A stretch of 64,000 bases of DNA from an uncultured bacterium (GTDB taxonomy: Bacteria > Acidobacteriota > Thermoanaerobaculia > Multivoradales > J023): assembly GCA_965366625.1 (NCBI GenBank), contig CBDUGP010000002.1, positions 153,561 to 217,560 of the forward strand. Direction: 5' to 3'. The notes beneath the pieces were generated by a model that worked only from the letters and a program-made list of their open reading frames with translations, was not told where the DNA came from and ran no database searches. Made by a program: the position numbers and the translations under genes. Each line of letters starts with the position of its first letter. Position 1 is the stretch's first letter. Below, in pieces: positions 1-13,095 of this stretch.

Positions 1-1
1 C

Positions 2-502
2 TGTCCGCTGTCCAAAAGCTGTCGGGGACGATCCAATCCCGCTGCATTTCCAAAACCGAAACCGCGACGCAAGATCCAACGGATTGAGGTCGCCGTCGCC
101 TTGGTGCAACGGGAAGACGGGCGGGTTCTTCTCTTTCGTCGTCCCGAGAGCAGTGAACTCCTGCCGGGAATTTGGGAGCTTCCCAACGTCCCTTTCTCCT
201 ACTCTGACTCGAAGCTCAACAGCACGACCGAAGCCGACGACTTTCTCCAGCGAATCGGCAATCGCTTGAACGAGACCTACGGCGGCAGCTGGTCTTTAGA
301 GCCTTCGAAGTTTTCTGTCGAGCACAGCATTACCCACCGGGCCATCACCCTACATATCCATTCAGGTTTCTTACGATCCACCGAATCGATGGTTCGCCAA
401 CGATCCTTGGAAGCGGCCTGGATTACCGCTGATCAACGGCCAAAATTCGCCTTGTCGTCAGCAGTCAATAAAGTGCTCAAGAAGTCCTTGGGTTGGCCTT
501 GA
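2..502 (+). CDS. mutY: A/G-specific adenine glycosylase MutY, 3' partial
   Basis: Frame is open from base 2 and reads CPLSKSC (end of the Fe-S Cys motif), a PKPKPRR linker, then a NUDIX-like domain (LLFRRP..LLPGIWELP, HSITH). Confidence 0.85.
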   Translation, partial: CPLSKSCRGRSNPAAFPKPKPRRKIQRIEVAVALVQREDGRVLLFRRPESSELLPGIWELPNVPFSYSDSKLNSTTEADDFLQRIGNRLNETYGGSWSLEPSKFSVEHSITHRAITLHIHSGFLRSTESMVRQRSLEAAWITADQRPKFALSSAVNKVLKKSLGWP

Positions 503-519
503 GTCCAACCCTGATGTGT

Positions 520-815
520 CTTGCCTGTGGATCACCTGTGGGAAAGCTGAGAAGATCCACTGGAAAAGCTGTGGGAAAGGCTTCTGGAAAAGTTGTGGAC
601 AATCCCGCGGAGCAGACTGTGGAGATTCTGCGGATTTCGTGACCATCTCTTGAATCGTCGAATTTTCCCGCAATTCATCCACATATTTCCACAGCCGTTT
701 CCGCTGGTTTTCCATACCCGTAAAGCCCGTAAACACAGGCCTCTAGGTGGCTTTTCCGCAGAAAACCACCCAACCTAAGGACTCCTACTATTCTTAGTAC
801 ATATGATATTTTCCC
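520..815. other. Putative replication origin oriC (DnaA-box cluster)
   Basis: About 9 DnaA-box-like 9-mers: TGTGGATCA 526, TGTGGGAAA 537 and 570, TGTGGACAA 594, TGTGGAGAT 618, TCATCCACA 675, ATTTCCACA 685, TTTTCCATA 708, TTTTCCGCA 752. An AT-rich CCTACTATTCTTAGTACATATGATATTTT tract follows just upstream of dnaN. Confidence 0.8.
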
Positions 816-839
816 CTCCCAAGAGAAGGAGAACACCCG

Positions 840-1931
840 ATGGAAATCCGCCTGAACCGATCCGAGCTTTTGAGCGAGCTCGTTCCCATGCAAGGCATCG
901 TCGAGCGCCGGACTACGATTCCGGTCCTCAGCCACCTGCTGTTGAAAGCGGAGGGTGATGCCCTACACATTGCCGCAACCGATTTGGAGGTATCGCTGAC
1001 CTCTTCCTGCGAGGGAGATGTCCAGGAAGAAGGCGCTATCGCCATTCAGGCCAAGAAACTCTTGGAGATCATGCGCGCTGCCGAAGGCGACGAGGTCACC
1101 TTGAGACTGGACCAAGACGGTGTCCTGACGATTCTCGTCGGGCAGTCCTTATTCAAGATTCGTGGCTTGCCGGCAGAGGATTTTCCAACTTTGCCGCAAG
1201 TGGAAGAGGATCCGGTGGAAATACCCTTCGGCACCTTCCGCGGCATGGTCGGCAAAATTTTCTTCGCTATTTCGAGCGAAGAGTCGAGATTTCAATTGTC
1301 CGGCGCGTTGTTGGAGGTCCGTGAGGACTCTTTGGCTTTGGTGGCGACAGACGGTCACCGTCTAGCTTTGGTCGAGACCCCAGTCGAAGGCCTTCAAGAG
1401 GCCGAAGGCGTTCTCGTTCCGCGTAAGGCCCTTCAAGAGCTTCAGCGTTTCGAGGGAGAAAATCTGTCGTTCCGCCGAGGAGAGCACCACCTCTCGTTTA
1501 CCATCGGCCGTCGAAGGTTGATTTGTCGGATCCTCGAAGGGACCTTCCCCGACTATGAGCGGGTGATTGCAACCGAGAACGATCGACACGTGGTGGTGGA
1601 CCGCAAGCTGCTCCTGGGAGTTATCCAGCGGGTCAGCTTGCTTACCGGTGATCGCTCCAGGGCCATCCGTTTGCAGATCGAAAGCGGCAAATTGGAGTTC
1701 TCTGCCGCCAATCCCGACTTAGGCGAAGCCCGTGAGGACGTGCCCTGTGAGTACGACAATGTCGATCTCTCCATGGGATTGAACCCGGACTACCTGGTTC
1801 AATTCCTAGGTGCCGGCGACACAGAGAAAGTACGGCTCGAGCTGAAAGACGAGAACTCCCAATGTGTTTGTTATCCGGTCGACGGGGCCGACACCCGTTA
1901 CGTTTGCGTGATCATGCCGATCCGGCTCTGA
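840..1931 (+). CDS. dnaN: DNA polymerase III beta sliding clamp
   Basis: TIPVLSHLLL, ATDLE, VATDGHRL, GTFPDY and C-terminal IMPIRL motifs; AAGGAG RBS upstream. Confidence 0.97.
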   Translation: MEIRLNRSELLSELVPMQGIVERRTTIPVLSHLLLKAEGDALHIAATDLEVSLTSSCEGDVQEEGAIAIQAKKLLEIMRAAEGDEVTLRLDQDGVLTILVGQSLFKIRGLPAEDFPTLPQVEEDPVEIPFGTFRGMVGKIFFAISSEESRFQLSGALLEVREDSLALVATDGHRLALVETPVEGLQEAEGVLVPRKALQELQRFEGENLSFRRGEHHLSFTIGRRRLICRILEGTFPDYERVIATENDRHVVVDRKLLLGVIQRVSLLTGDRSRAIRLQIESGKLEFSAANPDLGEAREDVPCEYDNVDLSMGLNPDYLVQFLGAGDTEKVRLELKDENSQCVCYPVDGADTRYVCVIMPIRL

Positions 1932-1967
1932 GCCGGCCTTGATCTCGACGCAAGTCGGAACGAGCTT

Positions 1968-3047
1968 TTGTTGACCCGATTCGAATCTCGTGGGTTTCGC
2001 AACCTCGAATCTACGGGTCTAGAGTTCGAGGCCGGCGGGCATCTCTTGCTCGGCGACAACGGTGCCGGTAAGACCAGCTTCCTCGAAGGGGTCTACATGC
2101 TGGCAACAACCCGCAGCTTTCGCACCCCGCGAATCAACGATTGCCTTCGCCACGGTGAAGGCTCGTTTTTTTTGTCCGGAGAAACCGATGATCGAGCCCA
2201 GCTCGAGGTGGCGTGGGTCGACGGCGAGCGGATTCGCCGTACCCGAGGAGCGCGAGTTCCCTTGGCCGACCATTTGGCGGTTTTGCCCGTGGTCTCTTGG
2301 ACCCAAGCCGATCTCGAAGTGTTGGTAGGTCCGCCACAGGCCCGACGAAAATTTATCGATCGGGGAGTTATCGGCTGCAGGCCTGCGGCGATTTCCGTGG
2401 TTTCACGCTATCGGCAGGCCCTACAAGAAAAACGCAGGTTGCTACAGAAAGCGAGACCCTCGGACAAGGGCTTGGTCGATCTCATCGACCCTTGGAACCG
2501 GTTGGTTGCAGAAGCATCCGCCCAGCTTGCAAAACTAAGATTCAGTTACGTCGAATCTTTGCAGCAAGAGCTTCACGAGGTGATCGGTCTGTGTGAATTG
2601 GATTTGCCACCGATCAGTCTGCGTTACCGCCCTTCGCCGAAGGAGGCGTTGGAAGGGCAAAACATAATTTATGACAAACTGGAATCGGCTTTCTCAAGAG
2701 AGGTTGCGCTTCAACAGCCGGTGATGGGATGTCATCGAGACGAGTTGGAAATTCGTTGGCAAGGTCACCCGATCAGGCAGGTTGCTTCCGCTGGAGAGCG
2801 TAAGGCTCTTGGATTAGCGCTGACGGCTGCCCACGGACGAGTTCTCGAAGCTTCGTCGGTGCGGCCGGTATATTTGCTCGACGATGTGGACACCGAACTC
2901 GATGCCGGTCGCTTGGCTTCCCTATGGGAGTTTTTCGGCGCCACCAAACAAGTTTTTGCGACCTCGAATCGACCGGTCGTGTGGCGAGATCTCGCGGTCC
3001 CCAACCGATTTAGATGCAACACGGGCGCGATCCGAAGAGGGGCCTAG
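1968..3047 (+). CDS. recF: DNA replication/repair protein RecF
   Basis: GFRNL, Walker A GDNGAGKTS, SAGERK signature, Walker B LLDDVDTELD; lies between dnaN and gyrB. Confidence 0.93.
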   Translation: MLTRFESRGFRNLESTGLEFEAGGHLLLGDNGAGKTSFLEGVYMLATTRSFRTPRINDCLRHGEGSFFLSGETDDRAQLEVAWVDGERIRRTRGARVPLADHLAVLPVVSWTQADLEVLVGPPQARRKFIDRGVIGCRPAAISVVSRYRQALQEKRRLLQKARPSDKGLVDLIDPWNRLVAEASAQLAKLRFSYVESLQQELHEVIGLCELDLPPISLRYRPSPKEALEGQNIIYDKLESAFSREVALQQPVMGCHRDELEIRWQGHPIRQVASAGERKALGLALTAAHGRVLEASSVRPVYLLDDVDTELDAGRLASLWEFFGATKQVFATSNRPVVWRDLAVPNRFRCNTGAIRRGA

Positions 3048-3245
3048 AAATCTTTTGTTTTCTTAGGTTTAAGACGAGGCTTCAGGCTCTGTACCGAGTT
3101 GATCGCCTGTGATAGGATTTCACTCTGCGGAGCCGAACCTAAGACTAGAAGTCTAAGAAGCTTGAAGAGTCACCCCCCGGCGACTAGGCCCGCTCTTCCA
3201 GACCTAATTTCTTGAATTCCTCACTTGAATTTCTCAAGAGTATGA

Positions 3246-5810
<2,565 letters not shown>

Positions 5811-5911
5811 GATCTAGAGCAAGTTGGACCTGGATAGCCTACGGACCCGCTTTGTTGCAGTGGGATCGAATCCCATTGATGACTGAATAAGCCTGAAGGA
5901 AGCACGACCCA

Positions 5912-8566
5912 ATGACTGACGACAGCGAAATCTTCGACCGCGGCATCGCGCCCGTGGACATCGAAGAGGAAATGAAGAAGAGCTATCTCGATTACGCCAT
6001 GAGCGTGATCATTGGACGTGCTCTTCCGGATGTTCGAGATGGGCTCAAACCCGTTCATCGTCGTGTGCTTTACGGCATGTGGGAAAGCGGTAATCGAGCA
6101 GGCCGTGCTTATAAGAAATCTGCCCGTATCGTCGGCGAGGTCATGGGTAAATATCACCCTCACGGTGATAACGCGATCTACGACACGGTCGTCCGTTTGG
6201 CCCAGCCTTTCTCCATGCGTTATACGCTGGTGGACGGCCAAGGAAACTTTGGATCGATCGACGGCGATAACGCTGCGGCCATGCGTTATACCGAGGTCCG
6301 TCTTACCCGCTTAGCCGAAGAACTTTTGCGCGAGGATATCGACAAAGAAACCGTCGATTGGATTCCGAATTACGACAACTCGGAAACTGAACCCACGGTG
6401 TTGCCGGCTCGGCTTCCCAACCTTTTGGTCAATGGCTCCGCCGGAATCGCGGTAGGCATGGCGACCAACATACCACCCCATAATTTGGTGGAAGTGATCA
6501 ACGCTTGCATTCTGAAGATCGACGATCCTGATGTAACCCTGGGCGAGCTGATTCAAGTGATGCCGGGCCCCGATTTTCCGACCGCCGGATTCATTCACGG
6601 AGTGAGCGGCATTCACCAGGCCTATGCCACCGGTCGAGGGTCGATACAAATCCGAGCACGGGCTGTATTCGAGGACATTAGCCGTGATCGTCAAGCGATC
6701 ATCGTCAATGAGATTCCGTATCAGGTCAACAAATCCAGATTGCTCGAACGGATCGGAGAGCTGGTCCGCGAGAAAAAAATCGAGGGTATTTCCGATCTCC
6801 GAGACGAATCCGATCGTCGCGGCATCCGGGTGGTCATCGAGCTGAAACGGGGCGAAGTCCCCGAGGTCATTCTCAACACCCTCTACAAGATGACCCAGCT
6901 ACAGACGAGCTTCGGCATCAATATGTTGGCGATCGTCGACAACCAGCCACAGGTTCTAAATCTGCCTCAGATCCTGGGTTATTTCATCGATCATCGACGG
7001 ACGATCGTTATTCGCCGGGTGCGATTCGATCTGCGCAAGGCCGAAGCCAGAGCCCACATCCTGGAAGGCTTGTTGAAAGCCTTGGATTTGATCGACGAGA
7101 TCATCACCACGATTCGGGCTAGCCAAACCGTCGACGAAGCACGGGCCGGTTTGACCGAAGGATTCGGATTCAGCCAAGTCCAAGCCCAAGCCATTCTCGA
7201 CATGCGTCTGCAACGGTTGACCGGCCTAGAGCGCGAAAAGCTGCTCGAAGAGTTTAAAGAGGTCATGGCGACGATCGAGAGGCTGCGCTCCATCCTCGGC
7301 TCGGATCAGCTGCTGCTCGATGTGATCAAAGAAGAACTCCTGCAGATCAAGGAGACCTACGGAGAGAATCGTCGCACCGAGATCATCGGCCAAACAGCGG
7401 ATATCACCCTCGAAGACATGATCGCCGACGACGACATGGTGATCACGGTTACCAAATCGGGCTATATCAAGCGCACTCCCCTATCGGTCTACCGCGAACA
7501 GAGTCGCGGAGGTAAGGGGCGCAAGGGTTTGGAGACCAAAGAAGGCGATTTTGTCGAGCACCTCTACATCGCCTCGGCCCATAGCTATGTCCTGGTCTTT
7601 ACCACCAGCGGTAAGGTGCATTGGCAGAAAGTCTACGGTATTCCAGAAGCTGGACCGGCTTCCCTCGGACGATCGATCGTCAACTTGCTCGAGCTGGGAC
7701 GCGACGAGCAAATTGCCACGACCGCGGCAGTCAAGGAATTTGGTGAGGGTCATTTGATCTTCGCCACCGCCAACGGCACGGTCAAGAAAACCGAGCTGTC
7801 CGCGTATTCCCGGCCCCGGGTGGGTGGCATTATTGCTCTGACCATCGACGAAGATGATCAGCTGCTCGATGTCCGGGTCACCGACGGCGAGCAAGACGTG
7901 CTGCTCGCCACCGCCGACGGTTATTCGATTCGTTTTCCAGAAGGCGATGAAATACAGGAAGACGGCAACACCTTGACAGGTATTCGATCCATGGGTCGGG
8001 TTGCCCGAGGCGTGCGCGGCATCCGCCTTCGCCCCGGTGATCGAGTCGTGGGCATGGCCATTCTCGATAGCGACGGCGATCTACTCTCGGTGAGCGCCAA
8101 CGGTTACGGCAAACGCACGGATGTGGCGGAATACCGTCGTCAAAGCCGTGGTGGACTGGGCATCATCAACCTGAAGGTCAGCGAAAAGACCGGTCCGGTG
8201 GTGGGTGTCAAACACGTGCGCGCCGACGACGGGGTCATGCTGATCGCCCAGAGCGGCAAGCTGATCCGGACCACCGTTGATGGAGTCAGCCGAATCGGCA
8301 GATCCACCCAGGGTGTGCGTTTGATGCACCTCGGGGGCAAAGATAGGGTCGTCGCGGTAGCCAAAATCGTCGAGCGGGATGACGAAGCCGAGTTCGAAGA
8401 GGTGGCCGGCGAGCCGGGTAGCGATGACTCGGCAAACGAAGAGCCCACATCCAATGCCGGGATGACAACGACCGGGGCGGAAGCCGAAGAGGCTACCGCC
8501 GATGGATACGGCGACGAAGCTTCACCAGAAGACGCGGCCGATCCTTCCGATGGCGATGTAAATTGA
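5912..8566 (+). CDS. gyrA: DNA gyrase subunit A
   Basis: [23 protein letters not shown] catalytic Tyr, GyrA-box QSRGGKG and a long acidic tail. Confidence 0.98.
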   Translation: MTDDSEIFDRGIAPVDIEEEMKKSYLDYAMSVIIGRALPDVRDGLKPVHRRVLYGMWESGNRAGRAYKKSARIVGEVMGKYHPHGDNAIYDTVVRLAQPFSMRYTLVDGQGNFGSIDGDNAAAMRYTEVRLTRLAEELLREDIDKETVDWIPNYDNSETEPTVLPARLPNLLVNGSAGIAVGMATNIPPHNLVEVINACILKIDDPDVTLGELIQVMPGPDFPTAGFIHGVSGIHQAYATGRGSIQIRARAVFEDISRDRQAIIVNEIPYQVNKSRLLERIGELVREKKIEGISDLRDESDRRGIRVVIELKRGEVPEVILNTLYKMTQLQTSFGINMLAIVDNQPQVLNLPQILGYFIDHRRTIVIRRVRFDLRKAEARAHILEGLLKALDLIDEIITTIRASQTVDEARAGLTEGFGFSQVQAQAILDMRLQRLTGLEREKLLEEFKEVMATIERLRSILGSDQLLLDVIKEELLQIKETYGENRRTEIIGQTADITLEDMIADDDMVITVTKSGYIKRTPLSVYREQSRGGKGRKGLETKEGDFVEHLYIASAHSYVLVFTTSGKVHWQKVYGIPEAGPASLGRSIVNLLELGRDEQIATTAAVKEFGEGHLIFATANGTVKKTELSAYSRPRVGGIIALTIDEDDQLLDVRVTDGEQDVLLATADGYSIRFPEGDEIQEDGNTLTGIRSMGRVARGVRGIRLRPGDRVVGMAILDSDGDLLSVSANGYGKRTDVAEYRRQSRGGLGIINLKVSEKTGPVVGVKHVRADDGVMLIAQSGKLIRTTVDGVSRIGRSTQGVRLMHLGGKDRVVAVAKIVERDDEAEFEEVAGEPGSDDSANEEPTSNAGMTTTGAEAEEATADGYGDEASPEDAADPSDGDVN

Positions 8567-8651
8567 TCGAAATAGCCGCGAGTCACTAAACGAATCTGAT
8601 CGTTTATTCGGCAGCAGGCTTTAAAATCTCAAGAGATCGAAAGGGAAGCAC

Positions 8652-9308
8652 ATGCAGTTTTTCTTGGACACGGCCGATATTTCGCAGATCGAAAAAGGCC
8701 TCGAGTGGGGCATGGTGGACGGAGTGACCACCAATCCGAGCTTGATCGCCAAACAGGGCAAACCCTACTTGCCCACGGTGAAAGCGATCGCCGAGCTGGT
8801 ACCGGGCCCGGTGAGTGGCGAGGTGCTCGCCACGGATTACGACGGCATGATGGATCAAGCCGGTCGTCTCTCGGATTTGGCCGACAATGTGGTGATCAAA
8901 TTACCGTTGCTGCCCGACGGGTTGCGTGCTGCTCGGACCCTCGCGGATCAAGGCATCAAGACCAACGTCACCCTGTGTTTTTCCGCCAACCAGGCACTTT
9001 TGGCCGCGAAGGCGGGTGCGACTTATATCTCTCCGTTCATCGGCCGGCTCGATGATCTGGGACAGGATGGAATGAGCCTGATCGAGGAAATTGTCGACAT
9101 CTACGACAACTTTGATTTCGAGACCGAGGTATTGGTGGCGTCCGTGCGCAGCCCGCTGCACGTCACCATGGCCGCCAGATTGGGAGCTGGAGTTGCCACG
9201 ATTCCCTTCAAGGTTCTCGAGCAGCTCTACCGTCACCCCATGACCGACAAAGGACTGGCGCAATTCCTCGCTGATTGGGAAGCCACGGGAAAGTCATTTG
9301 ACGACTGA
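8652..9308 (+). CDS. fsa: Transaldolase / fructose-6-phosphate aldolase family (short type)
   Basis: [22 protein letters not shown] and [11 protein letters not shown] motifs. Confidence 0.92.
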   Translation: MQFFLDTADISQIEKGLEWGMVDGVTTNPSLIAKQGKPYLPTVKAIAELVPGPVSGEVLATDYDGMMDQAGRLSDLADNVVIKLPLLPDGLRAARTLADQGIKTNVTLCFSANQALLAAKAGATYISPFIGRLDDLGQDGMSLIEEIVDIYDNFDFETEVLVASVRSPLHVTMAARLGAGVATIPFKVLEQLYRHPMTDKGLAQFLADWEATGKSFDD

Positions 9309-9882
9309 TTCGCCGGTCGATTCGCCGAATCCATTCTATCGATCGGCTTGGATCGTCTATCTGGTGTTGGCAATCCTAGGAGTTCTGGGAATCGGCAACC
9401 ACTACGGTGAAATAGAGTTGGGTTTGTTCATAGATCTCAACGGTTGGTGGGTTGATGGTTTCCTCGGCATTGGTCTTGGCGTTGCGCTGGTAGGGGCTTG
9501 GCACCTGGGCCGAATGTGGATCCCCGCCATGCGGGATTTGGAAACCTGGATGCGGCAAGCGGTCGGGCCTTTGAGCCCCTCGGAAATTTTTGCCCTAGCC
9601 TTGATTTCCGGATTTTCGGAAGAACTTCTGTTCAGGGGAGCCATACAGTCCGCGTGGGGTTGGACCTGGTCGCTGGTTATCTTCACCGTGCTGCATACCG
9701 GCCCAGGAAGATCTTTTCTTTTTTGGACCCTATTCGCCCTGGTAGCGGGCGGATCCTTCTCCTTTCTGACGGAATGGAGGGGAAATTTGTTGCCGGCGAT
9801 CATCGCCCATGTGACGGTAAACGGATTGAATCTGAGTCTTTTGATGAGGAAATCCGTCACAGATGGGCTTTCAGGTCGCTGA
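9298..9882 (+). CDS. CPBP (Abi / type II CAAX) family intramembrane metalloprotease
   Basis: Multiple hydrophobic segments with [13 protein letters not shown] and AHVTVN motifs. Confidence 0.88.
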   Translation: MTTDSPVDSPNPFYRSAWIVYLVLAILGVLGIGNHYGEIELGLFIDLNGWWVDGFLGIGLGVALVGAWHLGRMWIPAMRDLETWMRQAVGPLSPSEIFALALISGFSEELLFRGAIQSAWGWTWSLVIFTVLHTGPGRSFLFWTLFALVAGGSFSFLTEWRGNLLPAIIAHVTVNGLNLSLLMRKSVTDGLSGR

Positions 9883-9958
9883 AAGGTCAGTGATCCGGAC
9901 CTGCTATGCTGCGTCCGTTCCGTAAGAAGTTGCCGGCGAAGGCCGAGGAGATATACAT

Positions 9959-11350
9959 ATGTCGCGCGATAGCAAGGATGTTTTTTCCCGCATTGATCGA
10001 GAGAAGGAAAGCTACCTTGAGGAACTCAAGGACTATTTGCGAATCCCTTCTATTTCCACCGACCCGGCTTACGACCCCGATGTGCGGCGATGTGCCGAAT
10101 TCGTGCTGGAAAAGATGCGCCAGGCAGGTTTGGATGCGCGGCTGATTCAGACCGCAGGCAAACCGTTGGTTTATGGAGAATGGATCGGTGCCGAGGGCAA
10201 ACCGACGATTCTCTTCTATGGTCATTACGACGTACAGCCGGCTGATCCGTTGGAAGAATGGCGGAATCCACCCTTTGAGCCGACCCTGGAAAATGACGGC
10301 AAGCACCTCGTCGCCCGCGGGGCTACGGACGATAAAGGGCAAAGCTACGCCCATCTCAAAGCGGTGGCGGCCGTGTTGGAAGAACGGGGCGAGCTACCGG
10401 TCAACGTGAAGTTCATCATTGAAGGTGAGGAAGAGTCCGGCGGCGAAGCCATTGAAACGTTCGTCCGCACCGATGCCGGTCAGCTACTCGCATGCGACGG
10501 TGTATTCGTTTCAGATTCCTCGATGTATTCGCCCGGCCAACCGTCCTTGATTTATGGCCTCAAAGGAATGGCGTACATGGAGATTCGGGTCGACGGCCCC
10601 AATCGTGATCTCCATTCCGGCAGTTTCGGTGGTGGCGTCGCCAATCCCGGAAATGCATTGGCCTACATCGTGTCGCAATTGCTGGATCCCGAGACCGGCA
10701 GAATCAAGATCCCGGGTTTTTATGATTCCGTGCGGCCGATCGAGGATTGGGAGCGAAAGGAGTTCGCGAGCCTACCGTTTGACGAACAGGCTTATAAACA
10801 AGAGCTGGGCATCGAAGAAGTTTTCGGCGAGCAGGGTTTCTCCACCCTTGAAAGGGTTTGGGCTCGACCTACTTGTGACGTCAATGGCATCTTTGGTGGT
10901 TATGGCGGCGAAGGCGCGAAGACCATTCTTCCGGCCTGGGCGGGTGCCAAGGTATCCATGCGATTGGTCCCGGATCAAGATCCCGAGGATATCGCCCAAA
11001 AATTTTCCGACTACGTGAAATCCTTGGCGCCAAAAGGAGTCAAGGTCACGGTCAAATCCCACCACGGAGGCGCTCCGGTCTTGGTGTCCACCGAGGGGCC
11101 CATCGTTGAAGCAGCTCTAGGTGCACTGGAAGATGTGTGGCAAAAACCCGTTCGGGTTCGTGAAGGCGGTTCGATCCCAATCGTTTCTACCTTCTCCGAG
11201 GTCCTAAAGGTGCCCATCATGTTGGCGGGATTTGGTCTTTCCGATGATCGTCTCCACTCTCCCAACGAAAAATTTGATGTTGATAACTTTTACGGAGGAA
11301 TCCGGGCTGTTGTGCGATTGCTCGACAGGCTCGGCTCGGCCCATAAGTGA
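9959..11350 (+). CDS. M20 family dipeptidase
   Basis: YGHYDVQP, ARGATDDKG, EGEEESG, DLHSG and HSPNEK motifs. Confidence 0.93.
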   Translation: MSRDSKDVFSRIDREKESYLEELKDYLRIPSISTDPAYDPDVRRCAEFVLEKMRQAGLDARLIQTAGKPLVYGEWIGAEGKPTILFYGHYDVQPADPLEEWRNPPFEPTLENDGKHLVARGATDDKGQSYAHLKAVAAVLEERGELPVNVKFIIEGEEESGGEAIETFVRTDAGQLLACDGVFVSDSSMYSPGQPSLIYGLKGMAYMEIRVDGPNRDLHSGSFGGGVANPGNALAYIVSQLLDPETGRIKIPGFYDSVRPIEDWERKEFASLPFDEQAYKQELGIEEVFGEQGFSTLERVWARPTCDVNGIFGGYGGEGAKTILPAWAGAKVSMRLVPDQDPEDIAQKFSDYVKSLAPKGVKVTVKSHHGGAPVLVSTEGPIVEAALGALEDVWQKPVRVREGGSIPIVSTFSEVLKVPIMLAGFGLSDDRLHSPNEKFDVDNFYGGIRAVVRLLDRLGSAHK

Positions 11351-11940
11351 TTCACCCGGAGGGTGAGCACGAGGTTCGAATCATCATGAGTCAGTCATCT
11401 AGGATAGAACGCGAACTCAAATTCGCGGATGTGGATCATCATGCATTGAGGGAGCGTTTGAAAAGCCTCGAAGCGGAACCCCAAGGCCCCCGACGATTAG
11501 AAGACAATTGGGTCTTTGATAGGGATACCGAACTCGTCGACCACGGAAGCCTGTTGCGGCTGCGGGTCGACCGAAGCGGAACTTGGATCACCTTCAAAGG
11601 TCCCGCCAGCTACGAAGGATCGGTCAAGGTCCGGAGTGAGATCGAGACCTTAGTCGACGACGCGGACTCCATGCGCGGCATTCTCGATTCCCTGGGTTAC
11701 CGTCAGATCTATCGCTATCAGAAGTATCGGGAAGAATGGTTATTGGGTTCGATCGTCATTTCGTTGGACCACACGCCGATCGGTGACTTCGTTGAACTCG
11801 AAGGTGACGGCTGCGAGACCGTAGCCCGCCGGTTCGGATTGAAGCCGGGAGATGCGGAGCGGCGTAACTACCTGCGCCTCTACGCCGACTACCGCCAAGA
11901 AAATCCTGATGTACCAGAGGATATGATCTTCAAGACCTGA
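11347..11940 (+). CDS. CYTH domain protein (class IV adenylate cyclase-like); alternative start 11386
   Basis: ExExK motif (ERELKF), LRLR, TFKGP, KYREEW and GDFVELE. Confidence 0.88.
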   Translation: MIHPEGEHEVRIIMSQSSRIERELKFADVDHHALRERLKSLEAEPQGPRRLEDNWVFDRDTELVDHGSLLRLRVDRSGTWITFKGPASYEGSVKVRSEIETLVDDADSMRGILDSLGYRQIYRYQKYREEWLLGSIVISLDHTPIGDFVELEGDGCETVARRFGLKPGDAERRNYLRLYADYRQENPDVPEDMIFKT

Positions 11941-12006
11941 GCTGCTTGAGAGGAACTCGGCTCAAGATTAGGTCAGCTAGGCAAGATATTCAGTGCGGGA
12001 GATCCA

Positions 12007-13047
12007 GTGAGCAGACACCGCATACGGGCCTTGGTATTAACCGCGGGATTCGGTACTCGATTGCGTCCTTTGACGTACTTCATGCCGAAACCTCTGCTAC
12101 CGGTCTGCGGCGAACCGGTCACCGGTCGAACCTTGCGCTCTTTGGGCTCGGTTGGATGTGAGGTGGCGGTGCTCAACACCCATCACTTAGCATCGACAAT
12201 TCCCGGATATTTCGGCAAGAGTTACTACGGCCTGCCCCTGCGTTACAGCCACGAAGAAGAGATTCAAGGGACGTCCGGCGCTCTCTTCGGCCCTCGCTCA
12301 CTGCTCTCCGAGGCCGAAGCCGTGATCATGATCAACGGCGACAGCCTCTGCGATTGGCCTCTGAAATCCCTGGTCCGCAGGCATTTCAAAACCGGCGCGG
12401 CGGCAACCCTATTGCTTCATCGCCAAACCCCGGACGACCTCTTGGGTGGCGGGGTAGGTATCGACAGGTCCGGTAGGGTGACCCAGATTCGAGACTTGAA
12501 AGCTCAGGGCGAGACCCGCAACCGCCATGTATTTGCGGGTGCGCACGTCCTTTCTCCGCATTTGCTGGACCGGATAGAAAATCGTCCAGGGGATATCATC
12601 ACCGACCTCTACCAGCCGCTATTGGAAGAAGGCTCCCTCATTTCGAGCCTTGTCACGGGTCGGCGATGGCACGATCTAGGCACTGCCTCTAGGTATTTGC
12701 AAGCTTCGCTCGATTGGTCCCGGGGGCTGATTCCGAGCAGAATGTGGCGCGGCAAGAAGGTTTCTGCCTTGGCGGATTTGGATCCGAGCGCCAACTTAAG
12801 CCGAGCCCTGATCGAGCAACACGTCAAAGTGGAAGCAGAAGCTACCATCCAAGGTTCCTTGTTATTGGATGGAGCACGAATCGGCAAGGGCTGCCAAATC
12901 AAAGACAGCATCGTTGGACCGGGAGTCGTGCTGGCTCCGGCGTCCAACATCGAGAAGCGCATGATCAATAGGTTCGACAAACAACACGAACTCGGGCCCG
13001 GCGAATCGATCATGGGTGATCTGGTCTACACGCCCTTGGGTGTCTGA
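12007..13047 (+). CDS. Sugar-phosphate nucleotidyltransferase with C-terminal left-handed beta-helix
   Basis: LTAGFGTRLRPLT..PKPL, NGD, WHDLGT and hexapeptide-like C-terminal repeats. Confidence 0.88.
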   Translation: MSRHRIRALVLTAGFGTRLRPLTYFMPKPLLPVCGEPVTGRTLRSLGSVGCEVAVLNTHHLASTIPGYFGKSYYGLPLRYSHEEEIQGTSGALFGPRSLLSEAEAVIMINGDSLCDWPLKSLVRRHFKTGAAATLLLHRQTPDDLLGGGVGIDRSGRVTQIRDLKAQGETRNRHVFAGAHVLSPHLLDRIENRPGDIITDLYQPLLEEGSLISSLVTGRRWHDLGTASRYLQASLDWSRGLIPSRMWRGKKVSALADLDPSANLSRALIEQHVKVEAEATIQGSLLLDGARIGKGCQIKDSIVGPGVVLAPASNIEKRMINRFDKQHELGPGESIMGDLVYTPLGV

Positions 13048-13053
13048 TCCCGA

Positions 13054-13069
13054 AGTTTCACGGGAAACA
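13054..13069. other. Putative parS centromere-like site
   Basis: AGTTTCACGGGAAACA matches TGTTTCACGTGAAACA at 14/16; it lies in the gap between convergent genes about 12.5 kb from the origin. Confidence 0.65.
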
Positions 13070-13095
13070 ACGCTGGTCGCCCAATTGCTCAAGGG

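Noticed and set aside
11347-13047. CYTH plus nucleotidyltransferase considered as a cyclic-nucleotide defence system
   Set aside because: The transferase is an NDP-sugar type, not cGAS/DncV-like, and there is no effector gene.
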